Of a stretch of DNA of 64,000 nt, positions 1 to 13,135 are shown one piece after another. Positions within the stretch are counted from its first letter, which is position 1. The number at the start of each line of letters is the position of its first letter. The stretch lies in assembly GCA_051362555.1 (NCBI GenBank), contig CM120649.1:8246001-8310000 (forward strand), in the 5' to 3' direction. This DNA is from Lingula anatina. Taxonomy: Eukaryota > Animalia > Brachiopoda. The notes beneath the pieces are model-generated. The model was given only the letters and a program-made list of their open reading frames with translations. It searched no databases and was not told the DNA's origin. The position numbers were made by a program, and so were the translations under genes.

Positions 1-969
1 AAAAAAAAAATTAAATTTAAATATCTGCAGCTGCATTAAATCATAAAGGCCACAAGAAGAAATAACATAATCACACATGGTTTCAAAGAACTGATGTAAA
101 AAAATCACACTAATATTCCCCACTTGGAATTAGAATTTTGACTAGCTAATTTACTACAGTAAAGTGCTAAACCGTACCAAATGGCACTGTTCACCCTCTA
201 AAATACCAAAGTTTTAAGCAGGCCCAGGACCCCACGCCAACTAGGGGGGGTGGGCTTTGCATCCGCGGACCCCCCCCCCTCCTTTCAAATAATCCTGGAT
301 CCGCCCATGTTATACTGCTAAAATTATTAACATACCTGATCTCTTCACTCGTGCTTGAAGGGGTGTATCACCCAATTCCTCCTCTGAAAGGCTAAAAAAT
401 CATTCCTTATAATCATATTCATTGACAATATTATTAAATTTACAAATAAGCTAACGTAGTTACGTGCCGTACAAAGAACACCCTCTAACCCCACTAGTAC
501 TCGAGTTACATTGTATATCTCATGGGATTCCCCTGCGAGAATATGGTGTGAGGTTAGTCTGTAAGTACTGGTAGATGACCACATTGAGCAGAAAAGGGTA
601 TTCCTCCTGCTTTACAGAACTATACACCTCAGGGGTAAAGTGCACTATCTCGCTTCATATACAATGTAACTAGTAGTACGTACCCAGTCCAGTGCGAGTG
701 ATTTGGCTGCGAGTGCGTTACCCGAGGAAACGTTAATTATTAGCAGTTATCTACGCTTTTTAACTTCCTCTGCCAGAGATTTTGATTTCCACTGCCATCT
801 TCCCATTTTAAAGTACTTTTGGTAAATATAACTCGCTTACCTGCAAAGATTCGGTGAGCAATTCCTCTTCTCCTTCACGTCCACGCTCACCTTCGAAACG
901 ACATGCTGTCTGCATTGTTTACATTTCGTATCTGAGTCGAGAAGCCGCGTTATTTCAAACTGTGTCAAG

Positions 970-2884
970 ATGGCTGACGCCCGGGGTTCGAAAGTGGACG
1001 GTGAATATGATTTTTTTTTCGATATTGATTAAGGCCATTTACCTGCCATTTTATGCTTTACCCATAGCAATTGTTCTCAGATAAGTTAAAAAAGAAGCAA
1101 TCCATGCACTAAAAAGGCGTTTTTAATCCTATTTTTTGTCCCTTTAACACAGGTTTTGTTTGTAAGGGTTTCACTGTTGTTTCTACTGAATATTTTTTGT
1201 TAATTTTTAATTTTACTATAAATATGCTGCCCAGAGTGCAAGTTTGTTGTAGGTCATTCCACAGGAAAATAAACATTTGAATCAAAGTGACAAAAACATT
1301 TTGTGTACTCTTTGCTTAATTTTGACTTGCCTCATTTCTCTGTACAACATAACCTTCCAATTAAAGGAAAAAATCAATAGTAAATGAAAAATGGTGTAAA
1401 CCAGTTGTGAAGTAAGATAATGGAGTTGTTGCTGACATGACAAAACTGTTCACTTCCCTTTAGCCAGAAATGACCCTTACATGCAATGTAATCTGCTTAT
1501 AGGACCTAGTGTCAGGAAAGAAAGTCTTTAAGATTTATGTGGAAGTCCTTCATCATTTTTTTTTTTTTCATTTTTTTTTTCATTTTTATGGAAACATGCC
1601 CCCCCCCCCCTCCCGGCCCGCGTAGTAGCTGTGCACCCTCAGTGTTTTCATTTTTTTTTTTTTTTTGCAAAAGCCAGGGCTAGACACTAACAGGAGGTCA
1701 TAATTTTGATCTGATCAATTTAGGATGCAACTTGTCCAACAAAACCAATAATTTGATCCATTCATACCTCTCAGTGAACTTTGTAAGTTAATACATGTCG
1801 CCATACTTGTAATGTATTTATTACCAAGATGCTCAATCAAATGAGTCGGAGAAATGCACCCTAAGTGGATTAATCATATAAAAAGTCTGAACTCTTGAAG
1901 AACGCTATCCACTGTTGATGGAATGCACTATCCTCTGGATAGCTCTATCTGGAGGATGGCGGTCATTTTTATCCATAGGATAGCACTATCCAGCCTTGAT
2001 GAAACCGGGACCTGAAGGTTTAATCTTGCACATAAGTCTGATTTAACATAGTTTCAAACAGCTGGGCTTTTCCCTGTCCAAACTGAATTTTTACCTGTTC
2101 CGGAAAGGCAAGCCCTGTAAGCTCCAATTCCATCTCTGCTAGTTAAATAACATTTTGTTTTCTGATGACTTTCAGTTGGCATGATGTCGGCACAAGGAGT
2201 GACTAATGTTTCAGCAGGAATCAAAGACCCCAGTGTCTTTTCCTTACCTGCAAGCTGCCAGAAAGCAAAGGAGGCGGATGAGAAAGACAAGGTAAACTCT
2301 TGACCATCATGAGCAAAAACGTTCATTAGCTTGGTAGTTGGATCTTATAATATATATGATAATTTTCAAACATGTGGTCACTTAGTAACAATTATATCTA
2401 CTAGTACTGACACCAGTCTGATGAAGGCCTGTGTCCAGGTTGACTGTAAGCTAACAGTATGAAAATATTTCAGCTTGTGTTTTATAATTATCATATATAT
2501 GATCTTGAATGTCATATTTTGTCCAGGATAGTAAACTTTCACCCGTGTACAGATTTTCTAATGTTGTCTATGCAAATGTGAAGTATTATATCATTTGTCA
2601 CTAAATTTACCCAAGATTTTATCGGAGACCAACTCTGACTTCATGAATGTCCAATAATTGGGCTATCCAGACCTAAGCACTCACGCGCGCGCGCACACAC
2701 ACACACACATGCACACACACAAGGAGGTATGCAATTGCAAATGCCCAATCACTAATCATAAATTTGTTAACATTTGCCATGAAACATAACTAACAATACA
2801 CTGATAACAAAGCGTTAAATTTGCTTCAATATTCTCTCATATTTTGTCTTTCAGGACAGTGGCATGGACATCCGTCTCTTCTAA
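970..2884 (+). CDS. Partial ependymin-related paralog (copies of exons 5-6), possibly with a new first exon; candidate 58-aa chimeric ORF or pseudogene fragment
   Basis: Exons 2176-2291 (ttcag|TT GGC ATG...GAC AAG|gtaaac) and 2855-2884 (ttcag|GAC AGT GGC ATG GAC ATC CGT CTC TTC TAA) match 11074-11189 and 11510-11539 with no indels or stops. Candidate first exon 970-1000 (caagATGGCT...GAC G|gtgaat) is phase 1, matching the 2176 acceptor. Confidence 0.45.
1675..2117. mobile_element. Non-autonomous CAGGG-ended DNA transposon
   Basis: Termini CAGGGCT...AGCCCTG with flanks aaagc/taagc (imperfect 5-bp TSD). Absent from the paralogous site at ~11020 (tataagctcc). Contains a TATCC/GGATA-rich MITE fragment at ~1895-2014. 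Confidence 0.75.
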
Positions 2885-3496
2885 AATGTCCGATAGTATG
2901 ATAACATTTCTAAGGATTGTGGAATGCTTCACTTCTAACAGAGAACTATCACAGAACTGTTCATTAAGACACCTGTCCACATTTTACAGATCACTCTGCA
3001 TAATTCTTTAGAATTATTGCTGCAAAGCTGATGTATACTTCTTTTTTTCGGTTTATAAGCTTCTTTGAAATCTCATGCATAGTTTTGTTTTCACTTATTA
3101 CATTCCAAATTTTTCACAATATGTACATGTACATTGAATGTCCAACTTTGTAGCATTTGATAGGTTTTTAATTCTTTAACAGTTCCTAGTATTATGAAAT
3201 ACTTAAACTTTGTCATTGTTAAACCTACGAGCACATATCCATATCCAAGAAAGTTTACTATAAAGGAATGTAGAATTAACTGTCACAGTGATGAATTAAC
3301 AGACTGTGTTCTTTTATTGTGTGTGTGTATGTGTGTGAGTATGTGTGGTATTTGAGCTTATCGCTATTTAGACATTTATGTTTATGTATTCAAGAAGTGT
3401 ATAGGAAAGGGTAACTAATAAATGAAGTTTTAGTAAAAACTATAGAAGAATATTGCTTAATGAGATTGAAAGACGTTTTAGTGATGAGAATTGGGC

Positions 3497-3775
3497 AGAA
3501 TAATTACCGTAAATATAAACTGATCGTGCCAATTTTCGAAAGCAACCTGCTTCTTTGCCAAACAAAGGCACTCAGTAAATTTAAAGTGAAACGAAAATAG
3601 TTTGGCAGTTATGGGGTGAACATCATCAAAATTGTGCCAAAAAAAAAAGCAATTGACATAAATGTAAATCAATCATGCCAGTTTTGGAAAGCAACCTGCC
3701 TCTTTACTAAACAAAGCCACTCAGTAAATTTAAAAACAAAAATACGATGTGGCAGTTATGGGGCAAATTTTATGC
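3497..3775. repeat. Dispersed repeat, two ~149-bp units; inverted copy at ~54110-54375
   Basis: gaaagcaacctgc...cactcagtaaatttaaa occurs twice. The reverse complement (tttaaatttactgagtggctttgttt...ttgcttt) occurs twice at 54.1-54.4 kb. Confidence 0.7.
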
Positions 3776-4553
3776 ATCGGACAGTGACAGTGACAACACA
3801 AACAGACCAATTAGAATATACACAGATGAATAAAAACATAGAATTGTGTGCAGGGACAGGTGGACTCAAGAAAAATAATTCTGATTAACAGAAAAGGCAA
3901 TCAAAGATACCTGCATTAATATATAATCCTCCATTTTTATCCAGAACAAATAACAGCCAAATATTTCATAACATTTCCATCTAGTAAGCAAGTTTGATAA
4001 AGTTATTTGTCCTTAAGATTTATTTATATGATGACGATGAGGGGTCATAAGGAATAAAGACATACTGAATAAAGATCTTTGAAACCTAAAGATGATATTT
4101 GCATTTATTGATCACACGAAGTGGAAGTTTCACAAAAAAAAATTAGAAACTGTATGTCAAATTTTAATTATGAAGGCCATTTTTATAATTGCCTGACCAC
4201 TGTTCTTCTCTCTTTAAAGTAATTAAGGTAAAATTCAATTCAAAGACCTCATTCTTAAATATTGAAAAGTCAGAGTCAAAATTTTAAATTGTTAGTTCAT
4301 TTTTCACGATTTTAAGAGTAATTATCAATTATGGTAATAAAATACAGCTATTCTAACTGACAAATTATGTATATAAATGCAATTCACCAAGTTCTTGGTC
4401 CAAGTTTCAGATTTTATGCAGCGAGTCCAGCTTCTTCATTTTCAAATTTAGGAATATGTCCAAGAAGCATATATTAAACAGAAATTTGAAAGCATATATG
4501 CTGATATCCATCAAACCAAAGATCACTTTAAAATTTACGTCTTAGTTAGGCCT

Positions 4554-7454
4554 TTAATGTCGCCTTTGCTTTTTCTTTCTGTTTGGATTTGACTGCTGCG
4601 CCATCTGCCGAGCTTTTTGATATTTAGGGTTTCTATTCTTTTTCTCCTTTACACTTTTCTTCCACTTTCCTGATTTCTTTTTCAACCTCTTTTTAGGAAC
4701 ATCCTCTGTCCTTGGATTATCCAATTTTCTCTTCTTGGTAACTTTAGTTTTTTCCCTTAGATCTTTTAATGTTTGAGTCCTGTCAGTTCTGGAGTTCGGG
4801 TTTGTGTCTTTTGGGATAAGTTCTGGTTCAGGGCTAAGGGAACGGTAGTTATGTGGAATGAATTCTGTAAATTCATCAGGATTGTTTAATTCTGACTTCA
4901 AAAGATACAGATGTAAAATGGATGTACCAGAAGAATAAGCTGGTGCATAATAAATTCTCTTTCCACTTTCACTGTGTGAAATCTTTGAGGTCTGAGGACC
5001 GTCTGAATCAAAAGAGATGTAACCAGTTGACTTATTAGTTGAAAAAGTTGCTGCCTGCTGAATAACACTGCTACGTCCAATGTAACCTGGCATCTCACTG
5101 GCTAGATTTTGACCACATGGCCTATCTGCTGACTTGGGAATTATCTGTGCTTTAGCTACATTGTCTGCTTGAGGGTGCAACTGTTTATTCTCAGACAATT
5201 TATCTTCTGTCATACATTTATTGCTTTTATATACCAGATCTGTATCTTGATCCTCTGCTGATGAAGAATCCTCATATTGCTCCTCCTCCTCCTTCACCAG
5301 CCATGACACTTGTACCACAGGTGCATGAGAAGAGACAAACTTCACAAGGTCATCATACAGGGTGCTTGCTCCTTGAACACTCTTCTGTAAATGATAAAAA
5401 TTTGTTTTACAAGCAGAGTATTAAGTTAAACATGGAAACATAAGGCATATTTACTGTCTGATCCACAAACTTTTTTCCAGCAAATAGCACTAATTATTCT
5501 TATAAACAGCTGTACCTTTGATTAAAAAAGAGTTTCCCTCCTTTCTTACACATTCACATAAATGTCAATTTTAAATGATTTTTTAAATAAAATGGTAAAA
5601 GAAATCAGTTTTACCTTTTTAACTATAAGGCAAAACATTTCAACCCTTTATTAAAGTGCCTTGATCATATGTCGGCCTATGAGGATGGGTTTTAATGTCT
5701 TTTTGTTGTTGTTAAGGTTCTTTAAAATTGTACATTTTTACCATCTGTAAGTAATATTTAAAACCACTTCTTACTGTTCATGAAAATGCCTTCAAGATTT
5801 TTATTCTGTGCTTTACAAAGTAGTTTCAGGGTGGTCATATCTAAGAGATTCTGAATTGCCTGTAATAATGAATTGGAAAGACCATCATTAATCCTAATAA
5901 AAATGTCAAACCTTGAAGGAAATGGCTGCAACACTTTTCATGCCCACCACTGGTCCAATCACACTGCTCAATCCAGACAGACAAACTGCGGGGCAGTCTC
6001 GGGTTGCCGCAAGCAACATTAGATGACGGGTCATCATCAGAGGGACATCACGGTCAACAATGACTGCTCTGACCTCGTCCCTCTCCAGCCCTTTGGTCAC
6101 TCTGTTTATACCTATGTACACACTGGACTGGGAGGCCCTACAAATATAACATGAATTTAATAAAAGCTCCATAAACCAGTGATATTAATATAATATAATA
6201 TAATATAATATAATATAATATAATATAATATAATATAATATAATATAATATAATATAATATAATATAATATAGACATGATTAATTCTCCATAAAATAAAT
6301 CTCTAAATACTCAACTTATACCTTAGAATCAATGTAAACTTTTTGTGAAATAAAATAAATCAACATAACCATAAATATTACTTTCTACTTCAAAACCTTT
6401 AGCTCATCATGTAATATTCTCAATTAAATTACTATGCTGTACTTGTAATGCATATATATCACACTAAGTACGATCATATGGACACACTAAAATATGTAAT
6501 CATGTTGAACACTTTTTAATTAATTAATTAAATAACAGCATAATAAATCAATACTAATCAGATTAGTAACAAATATATAATCTTGATGACATACTTGCTG
6601 TCTATGTCCTCTACTTTCCTCTGCTCCTCTCTCCACTTCTTCATCTGTTGCTTATTCCGTCTTATCTGTTGTGGTACTTTTGGGTGCGTGACAAAATTCT
6701 GGGACAACTCCCTGGAAGCAATGGAGAATTAAAAACCATGGGTTTTATTTTCTGGTGTTACATATTGTCTCAATATGTAAATGTAAGCAATTATGGGTTG
6801 TCATTTTAAAATGTAAAAATAAAGAAATAAATGTATAAAAGAATAAATAAATGAATTATGATAAATAAATAAACAATGAAAGATGTCAAATTGTTGTTTT
6901 GTTTTCTGTAGTCTCATATATTTCTATTAACCATGATTACAATAAATTAAACATTCTTATGTTTACCTTATACTTGAAAAAGAATAAAACTCACTTTTTT
7001 ATCCTCTCCAGAAGAACCACTTCTGTTTGTTTTTCCACTGCAGGCCTGGAATGGTAACCATGACAACAGACTGTGAAGAAGCAATCCTTTTCATCAAAGC
7101 CCAATCGCTGTGCTATTATATACTATATGATTCTTATCCCACAGAGAAGACCTTCTGTATAGCAGCTCTTACAATTTGGATAATAAATATTCATGGTAGA
7201 TATAAAAATATTGTAATAATCTTTTGTTCCTATATTTTAGATATTTTAAATAATAATACGTATTGGCCAGATAAAACCAGCAAAAGAAAAAAAAAGAAGA
7301 GATGAGAATTAATAATGTACTACTGGTAATATAAATACCATGAGACATTGTATGGTGAACACAAAACTTGTTTTAAAGATTTCTTCTTTTTGGCTGCAAT
7401 TTTTCCTCGCAGTGTGCCTCTGTCCTGCTCTGGGGTCACCACTGGGGCAGCCAT
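4554..7454 (-). CDS. RPP38: Ribonuclease P/MRP protein subunit p38-like (L7Ae family), 446 aa
   Basis: Phase-consistent exons 7454-7339, 7045-6995, 6711-6595, 6137-5912, 5384-4554. Motifs: N-terminal SPYNVSW, L7Ae core IGINRVTKGLER...HLMLLAATRDCPAVCLSGLS...AAISFK, then APVVQVSWL and basic C-terminal NPNRKKK, as recalled for RPP38. Confidence 0.85.
6186..6271. repeat. (TAATA)n microsatellite in RPP38 intron 3
   Basis: About 17 pentamer units, read directly. Confidence 0.95.
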
Positions 7455-8147
7455 GATGACCAAATGACCACTGTCCAGGTGAGTCTTAAACCTGTGGCTC
7501 AGATATTACTGCAATGATTAAAACAGGAAGAGAACAATTAAACTTGTGTCATGTATTTGACATCTATACCATGCACAGTACTTAATTAAGACATTTTCAC
7601 TTCATTAATTATAGAACTAAGTATATGACTGTTCTATCATAAAACCTTTTGAAAAATATTAAAATATACATGTATCACTTATTTTCATATCATTCTTTAA
7701 TTTCTATAAATCATTATTTATTTATATATTTATATTATGATAATTGTAACTTTATCTTAATTCTGTGCACCGGATTTTTGTTGCTCCAAATAAAGTGCGT
7801 GATCATGTTCACTGGCATGTTACACAATATCTATGTATAGCTTGTAATGCTTCAACTCTATTTTACTTATTTACACAAAATGTCAAGAAGTCTTTTATAT
7901 ATCAGCCATATACCACATATGATATGTCTCAAGTTCGCGATTTCTTACGGAGAAATAAACATTGAAAACGAGGCAACTGTCAGGAGAGTACGGCCCAAAG
8001 TCACAAGACTGGCAGGTAGAGTTACAGTTATCTACACTAGTAAACTAACGAGATCTGATAGTGCGTTCTGAATAAATCCCACTCATTCTCCACCAACCTT
8101 AAGTACACAAGTACTGATAAGCGCGGCATTGCGAAACTACCTCTACC

Positions 8148-8154
8148 TATAAAA
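8148..8154 (+). promoter_or_regulatory. TATA box of the ependymin-related gene
   Basis: TATAAAA 70 nt upstream of ATG 8218. Confidence 0.6.
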
Positions 8155-8217
8155 GCAGCGACACTAACAAGAACAGCAATTAAGAATTGACGCTCCTAAA
8201 GCTGAGTTAAATCAAAG

Positions 8218-11200
8218 ATGAAGACCGTCATCGTAGTATTCAGCATTTTGATCATTGTGGTTCCTGCTTTGTCCCAACAGCCGTGCTGTATACCGCCGCA
8301 ATGGGAAGGAACTGTTGGACAAAGTCAGGGACTAAACGTCGCAGGAAAGGGCTACATGGCTGGTGTAAGTCTTTATATAAGAAACATTGTTTACGTTAGC
8401 TTGCAGCCATCAGACTACTAGTACCAGTACCGTCACGTACATTGCACATACCTTCAGACAAAATTATCAAGTAAATAAAGTGTAACGGAGTAACTTACAC
8501 TGTACCTGGCAAAAGACATGAGCAGTTTATGTATATACAGTACATGAAATTTGGAGTTGCTGATTATTTACGATTACAGCAATATTTGTAGATGACGAGG
8601 GTGCACCAATAAAGTGTAGGTCACCTAGCTTGCTTACTCAAGTTTTATGTCCATCTCTTCAAATTAGGTACGGCAAGAAAAGGTTCTGTCTGGGGTCATG
8701 TGTTAGGCTCAATTAAATAGTACTTATAAATAATAACCATAATATAAAGAATTTTTTAGCTAATTATTGAACGTAAAAAAATAACAATTTTAATTTTGTC
8801 AGTTAATTAAAATGATTTTCCAAACTACCCGTGTACATATTAAGTTAAAAGTATATGCTACTTAATTATTCAAAGCTTATTTATTCTACAATGTACCAAT
8901 TAAGAAGGTTTAAATATAAAGTGAATTTCATCCCATTTTTCCATTTTTTCAGCAAAACATGAAGCTGTCCTTTGACGCTAATCTTAAAAAAGTGGCCACT
9001 AATGGGCAATGGTTCTCGGACAAACAGCAGGGAACTTTCCAAGTGCTACAAGATTACAATGCTGTAAAGTAGACCTTTACTACACTGTGCATAATCAATT
9101 ACAGCATATACGGCATTAAAGTTTATCATTTTGTGATTATAAAAAAGTGAATTGGTTGTTAAGAAACTAAACATGTTTTTGCTTAATTATGAGTCACGAG
9201 GTTTGATCCATCATCAAAGGGATCAGTGATTACATCCTAATCTAAGACTGTACAACAAATCGTGTGATCAAAGTGTTAACGTAGATGATGGTTTGTAATA
9301 TCATCTCTGTCAAATGTGTAGTGCAATGGAATACTCAAAAAAAAAAATTTTTTTTCAAAAAAATATAATATGCTCACCCTTTTAGTTCTATTTACGGGTT
9401 TCCTTTCAAAACATCTCATATTTAAAATAATTTTCTTTCAGGGCGTACAATACCAGATCACCAATGGTGGACCATGTGTTAAGAGCAAGCTGACACAACC
9501 ATGGATGGGCTGTATCCCTAGTGTGTATAACCTTTGACCTTTACCTTTGACCCTGACCTTTGGCTTAAATCTGTGCTCTAATTTGAATTAAGAAATAAGG
9601 ATTAAGGCACCAAAGGGAGAAGTCTAGGACTCTGACATACTTATTTCAATACACAAAAACTTTTTTTAAAGTCAAATAACTAAATTGTTACAGAAGCATG
9701 AAGTTCATTAAAATAAAGCTTCAAACTTTTCACAGATAATAATTTTGAAATGTCTTAGTAATCAAATAATTTAATCATAAATTATATTAATATTTTATTA
9801 TCAGCACAGGAAATTAATGGGTGAGAAGAATTTGTTAGCAATAAAATTTCTTTCGCCAGTTTAACATATTTGCAAAATCAGTGAAAATATTCATTATTCT
9901 ATGTAATCACAGAGACTGCCAAATTCATGGGCAGTGCTGTAGTGGGACTTGGCGATGATAGCATTAAAGTCAACAACTGGGCCATCTTCATGAATTCCAG
10001 CTCTGTCATGGGGACGTCTTACACACAAGTTACTGCCAAAGACTGTGTTCCCATTGGCAGCACGTTCCAAGGATCAGCTAATGGAGGTAGGGCTGCATTA
10101 TCATTGATAACCAATGAGACTGCCAGCGAGAGCCTTAATAGAAATGTGGTGCTTTTTGGGATCTTGATATTGTTATCAAACCCCCCACCCACCCACCAAA
10201 AAAAAAAAAAAAAAAAAAAAAAAAAACGGGTTGGTTGATCCATGCTCAAAATCACCTGACCCCAAATTTTCCTTGTTTGTCCCTTTTTAACATATCTGTG
10301 ATTAATTAACACAAAAGTCTTGTTAATAAGGATTTGCGCCGATGTTTCTACTGTATATTTGTGTTAGATATAAATATACTGTTCAGAGTGCAAGTCAATC
10401 CACAAGAAAGTAAACATTTAAGACCCCATTCCCAGAGATTAGATCGATCGAACTAGATCGACCTAACTCCATGGGGGTTCATGCTAAATAGCTGTCAGCC
10501 GAGTGGGCACGAAAGTTAATTACCCCCTTACAGCTTGTAGAAGGCGGGACAGACATTTACGTCGGATTATCTGACAGTAATCTAGTGAGACTCTTCACAG
10601 GGATAGAATGATCTAAAATCTATGGGAATGCACCTTAAGTCATAGTGACAGTAACATTTTGCGTACTCTTTGCATAATTATTTTTAAATTGCTCCATTAT
10701 TTTGTTCTACAGAACCCTTCAATAGAGGGAAAAACCAATAGTAATTAAAAAGTGATGTAAACCAGTTATGAAATAAAATAAACGCAGCTGTTAATGATGT
10801 GACAAAACTGTTAACTTTCCTGTGGCCTGGACAGACCCTTACATGCAATGTTATTTATGCCACCCACTTCAGGCCTACCTTCCGAGAAGAAAATCTTTCA
10901 AATTCATATGGAAATCTCCCACAATTATTCTTTTTTTCATTATTACGGAAACATGCCCCTCCCCCCCCCCCCTTCATAGTAGCTATGCACCTTCAATGCT
11001 TTCATTTTCTTTTTTTTTATAAGCTCCAATTTCATCTGTGCTAGTTATATAGCTTTTTCTCTGAAACTTTCAGTTGACATGATGTCGGTGCAAGGAACGT
11101 CAAATGTTTCAGCAGGAATCAAGGACCCCAGTGTCTTTTCCTTACCTGCAAGCTGCCAGAAAGCAAAGGAGGCAGATGAGAAAGACAAGGTAAACTAGCT

Positions 11201-11539
11201 CTTGACCATCATGAGCAAAACGTTTATTAGCTTGGTAGTTGGGTCATATGTATGATACTTTTCAAACATGCAGTCAGTGAGTAACAATATGTACTAATAC
11301 TGACATCAGTCTGAAGAAGGCCTATAGCCAGGCTGACCATAAGCTAACAGTATGAAAAAATTTCAGGTGTTTTATAATTATCATATATGATCTTGAATGT
11401 CATATTTTGTCCAGGTTACTATTAGTAAATCTTCACCAATATACATATATATTTCTAAATAATATAGTCTTTAAGTTCCTTCAAAGTTTCCTGCAATTTT
11501 GTCTTTCAGGACAGCAGCATGGACATCCGTCTTTTCTAA
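8218..11539 (+). CDS. Ependymin-related (EPDR family) secreted protein, 218 aa
   Basis: Phase-consistent exons 8218-8364, 8953-9063, 9442-9520, 9913-10086, 11074-11189, 11510-11539. Signal peptide MKTVIVVFSILIIVVPALS, then CCIPPQWEG, LQDY, DCVPIG and IKDPSVFSLPASC, which are ependymin-family motifs. Confidence 0.9.
10422..10635 (+). mobile_element. PIF/Harbinger (Tourist)-type MITE, family A copy 1
   Basis: TIR core ATTCCCA(G/T)AGAT with TAA TSD. Empty site in the paralog at ~1278. Homologous copies at 32004 and 52130. Confidence 0.85.
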
Positions 11540-13135
11540 AATGTGTGATGGTATGATAACATTTCTAAGGATCACTGAGCACTTCACATCTAACACAGAA
11601 TTATCCGAGGACTGGCCATCAAACACACGGCTGCATTTTTCTGATAACTTTGCCAAAATCTTAAGAATTATTGCTGCATAGTTGATGTATACCAGTACCT
11701 ATTTCTTTTTCAGATTATGCATAGTTTTGTTGTTCATTTTTTAAAAATTGCATTCCCAATTTTTTTACAATATGTACTAGTACATTGAATGTCTAACTTT
11801 ATAGCATTTGATAGATTTTATTTTTTTAACAGTTTCTAATGTTATAAAATACTTCAAAATTGGTTGTGAATGTCAAATCTAATAGTTGGGTGATTTACCA
11901 GCACATAGCCAAGGAAGTTGACTAAAAAGGAATGTAGAATTAACTACCACATTGATAAATAAGCAGACCGAGTGTTTTAAGTTTTTATGTTTTTTTAGCT
12001 TATTGCTACCAGTACTTAGATATTTATGTTGATGTATATTCAAGATTTGTATACAAAGAGTAACTATGTAAGTTTTTGTAAAAACTATAGGAAAATATTG
12101 CTCTATAAGATTTAGAAAAGTGTTTGTGATGAGAATCTGGTATTAAATACCGTCATGGTTAGAATCAGTGACAGGTCAACAACATCTTCAGCTGTGATGA
12201 GAGAGAAACAAAGTTCTGTTGTTTCTTTAAGAATTGTTCTAAAGTACTGTAAGTGATTATCATGATAAGTCTAATACTTTACTACACCTAGGACCTGGAG
12301 AATTATAGTCACTTAATTGCATGACTAATGAAATAGGTTGTTGACATGTTTCCACTTCAATCATTCCTGCTTTCTTTTTACAAAGCCAGAATGTACCAGA
12401 GTCCCATCTCTCCAAATATTTTTAATAATAAAACTTTAATTTTATCAATTCACTTTGACTTGGACATCACTTTCATTTTATTAATGATAATTCAAGGAAC
12501 CAGTCATATATGTACTGGGTATAAACAAGTGAAGTAAAGAGTATTTTTCTTTCAAAATTGACTTTGACAGTAATAGTTTTGTTAATTTGGCTATTGTATC
12601 ACTTTTCGCACCACACATTACAGGAGACTTGTTGTGAGTCATGTAGTTCAAAGGTAGAATACAAATATGCTACCGTACTCATTATTACACATGATGTACA
12701 GTGGAGTAAGACTCATATTTCACAAGAGAGCAGGCACCAAAGTTAATTAAAGTGTATATGTGTGAGGAAACGCCACAGAAACAGTACCCGTAGTTTACAA
12801 CTTAGGTCACCAAAAGCTAGCCTTTATAGTCAGATCTGTCCTCAGCAATTTGGAAGGGACTGGGGATAATGAAAATATGGACCTTTCAGTCCCCTTGTTG
12901 ACCCAGCAGCAACTTGAGAAATGGCATAAAACCTTCATTAAGATAAGATTCATAGCAGAATTTTAATGGCAAAAAGGGTTTCTCTCTCTAACTTCAGATT
13001 TTTTTTTACTTAAATGTGTAATATGTTAAACTAGTGCATGTCTAGACATTTTAAACAGCAGTGAAAGTAATATCTATGTCTAGCCTAGATACGTTAGACA
13101 TTGTGTAAACTACCAAATTCAATACTGCCTATTAA

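Larger units (their letters stand above)
1085..3800 (+). repeat. Segmental duplication of about 10225-12185 (ependymin intron 4 to 3' flank)
   Basis: Colinear similarity by eye, e.g. gacccttacatgcaatgt at ~1472 and ~10834, and gtacattgaatgtc at ~3128 and ~11780. Each copy carries different insertions. Confidence 0.9.

Noticed and set aside
11499-11681. Open +1 and antisense frames over the ependymin last exon and 3' UTR
   Set aside because: The paralog at 2855-3024 has a 1-nt indel and different stops; the phase-0 reading DSSMDIRLF* explains the exon.
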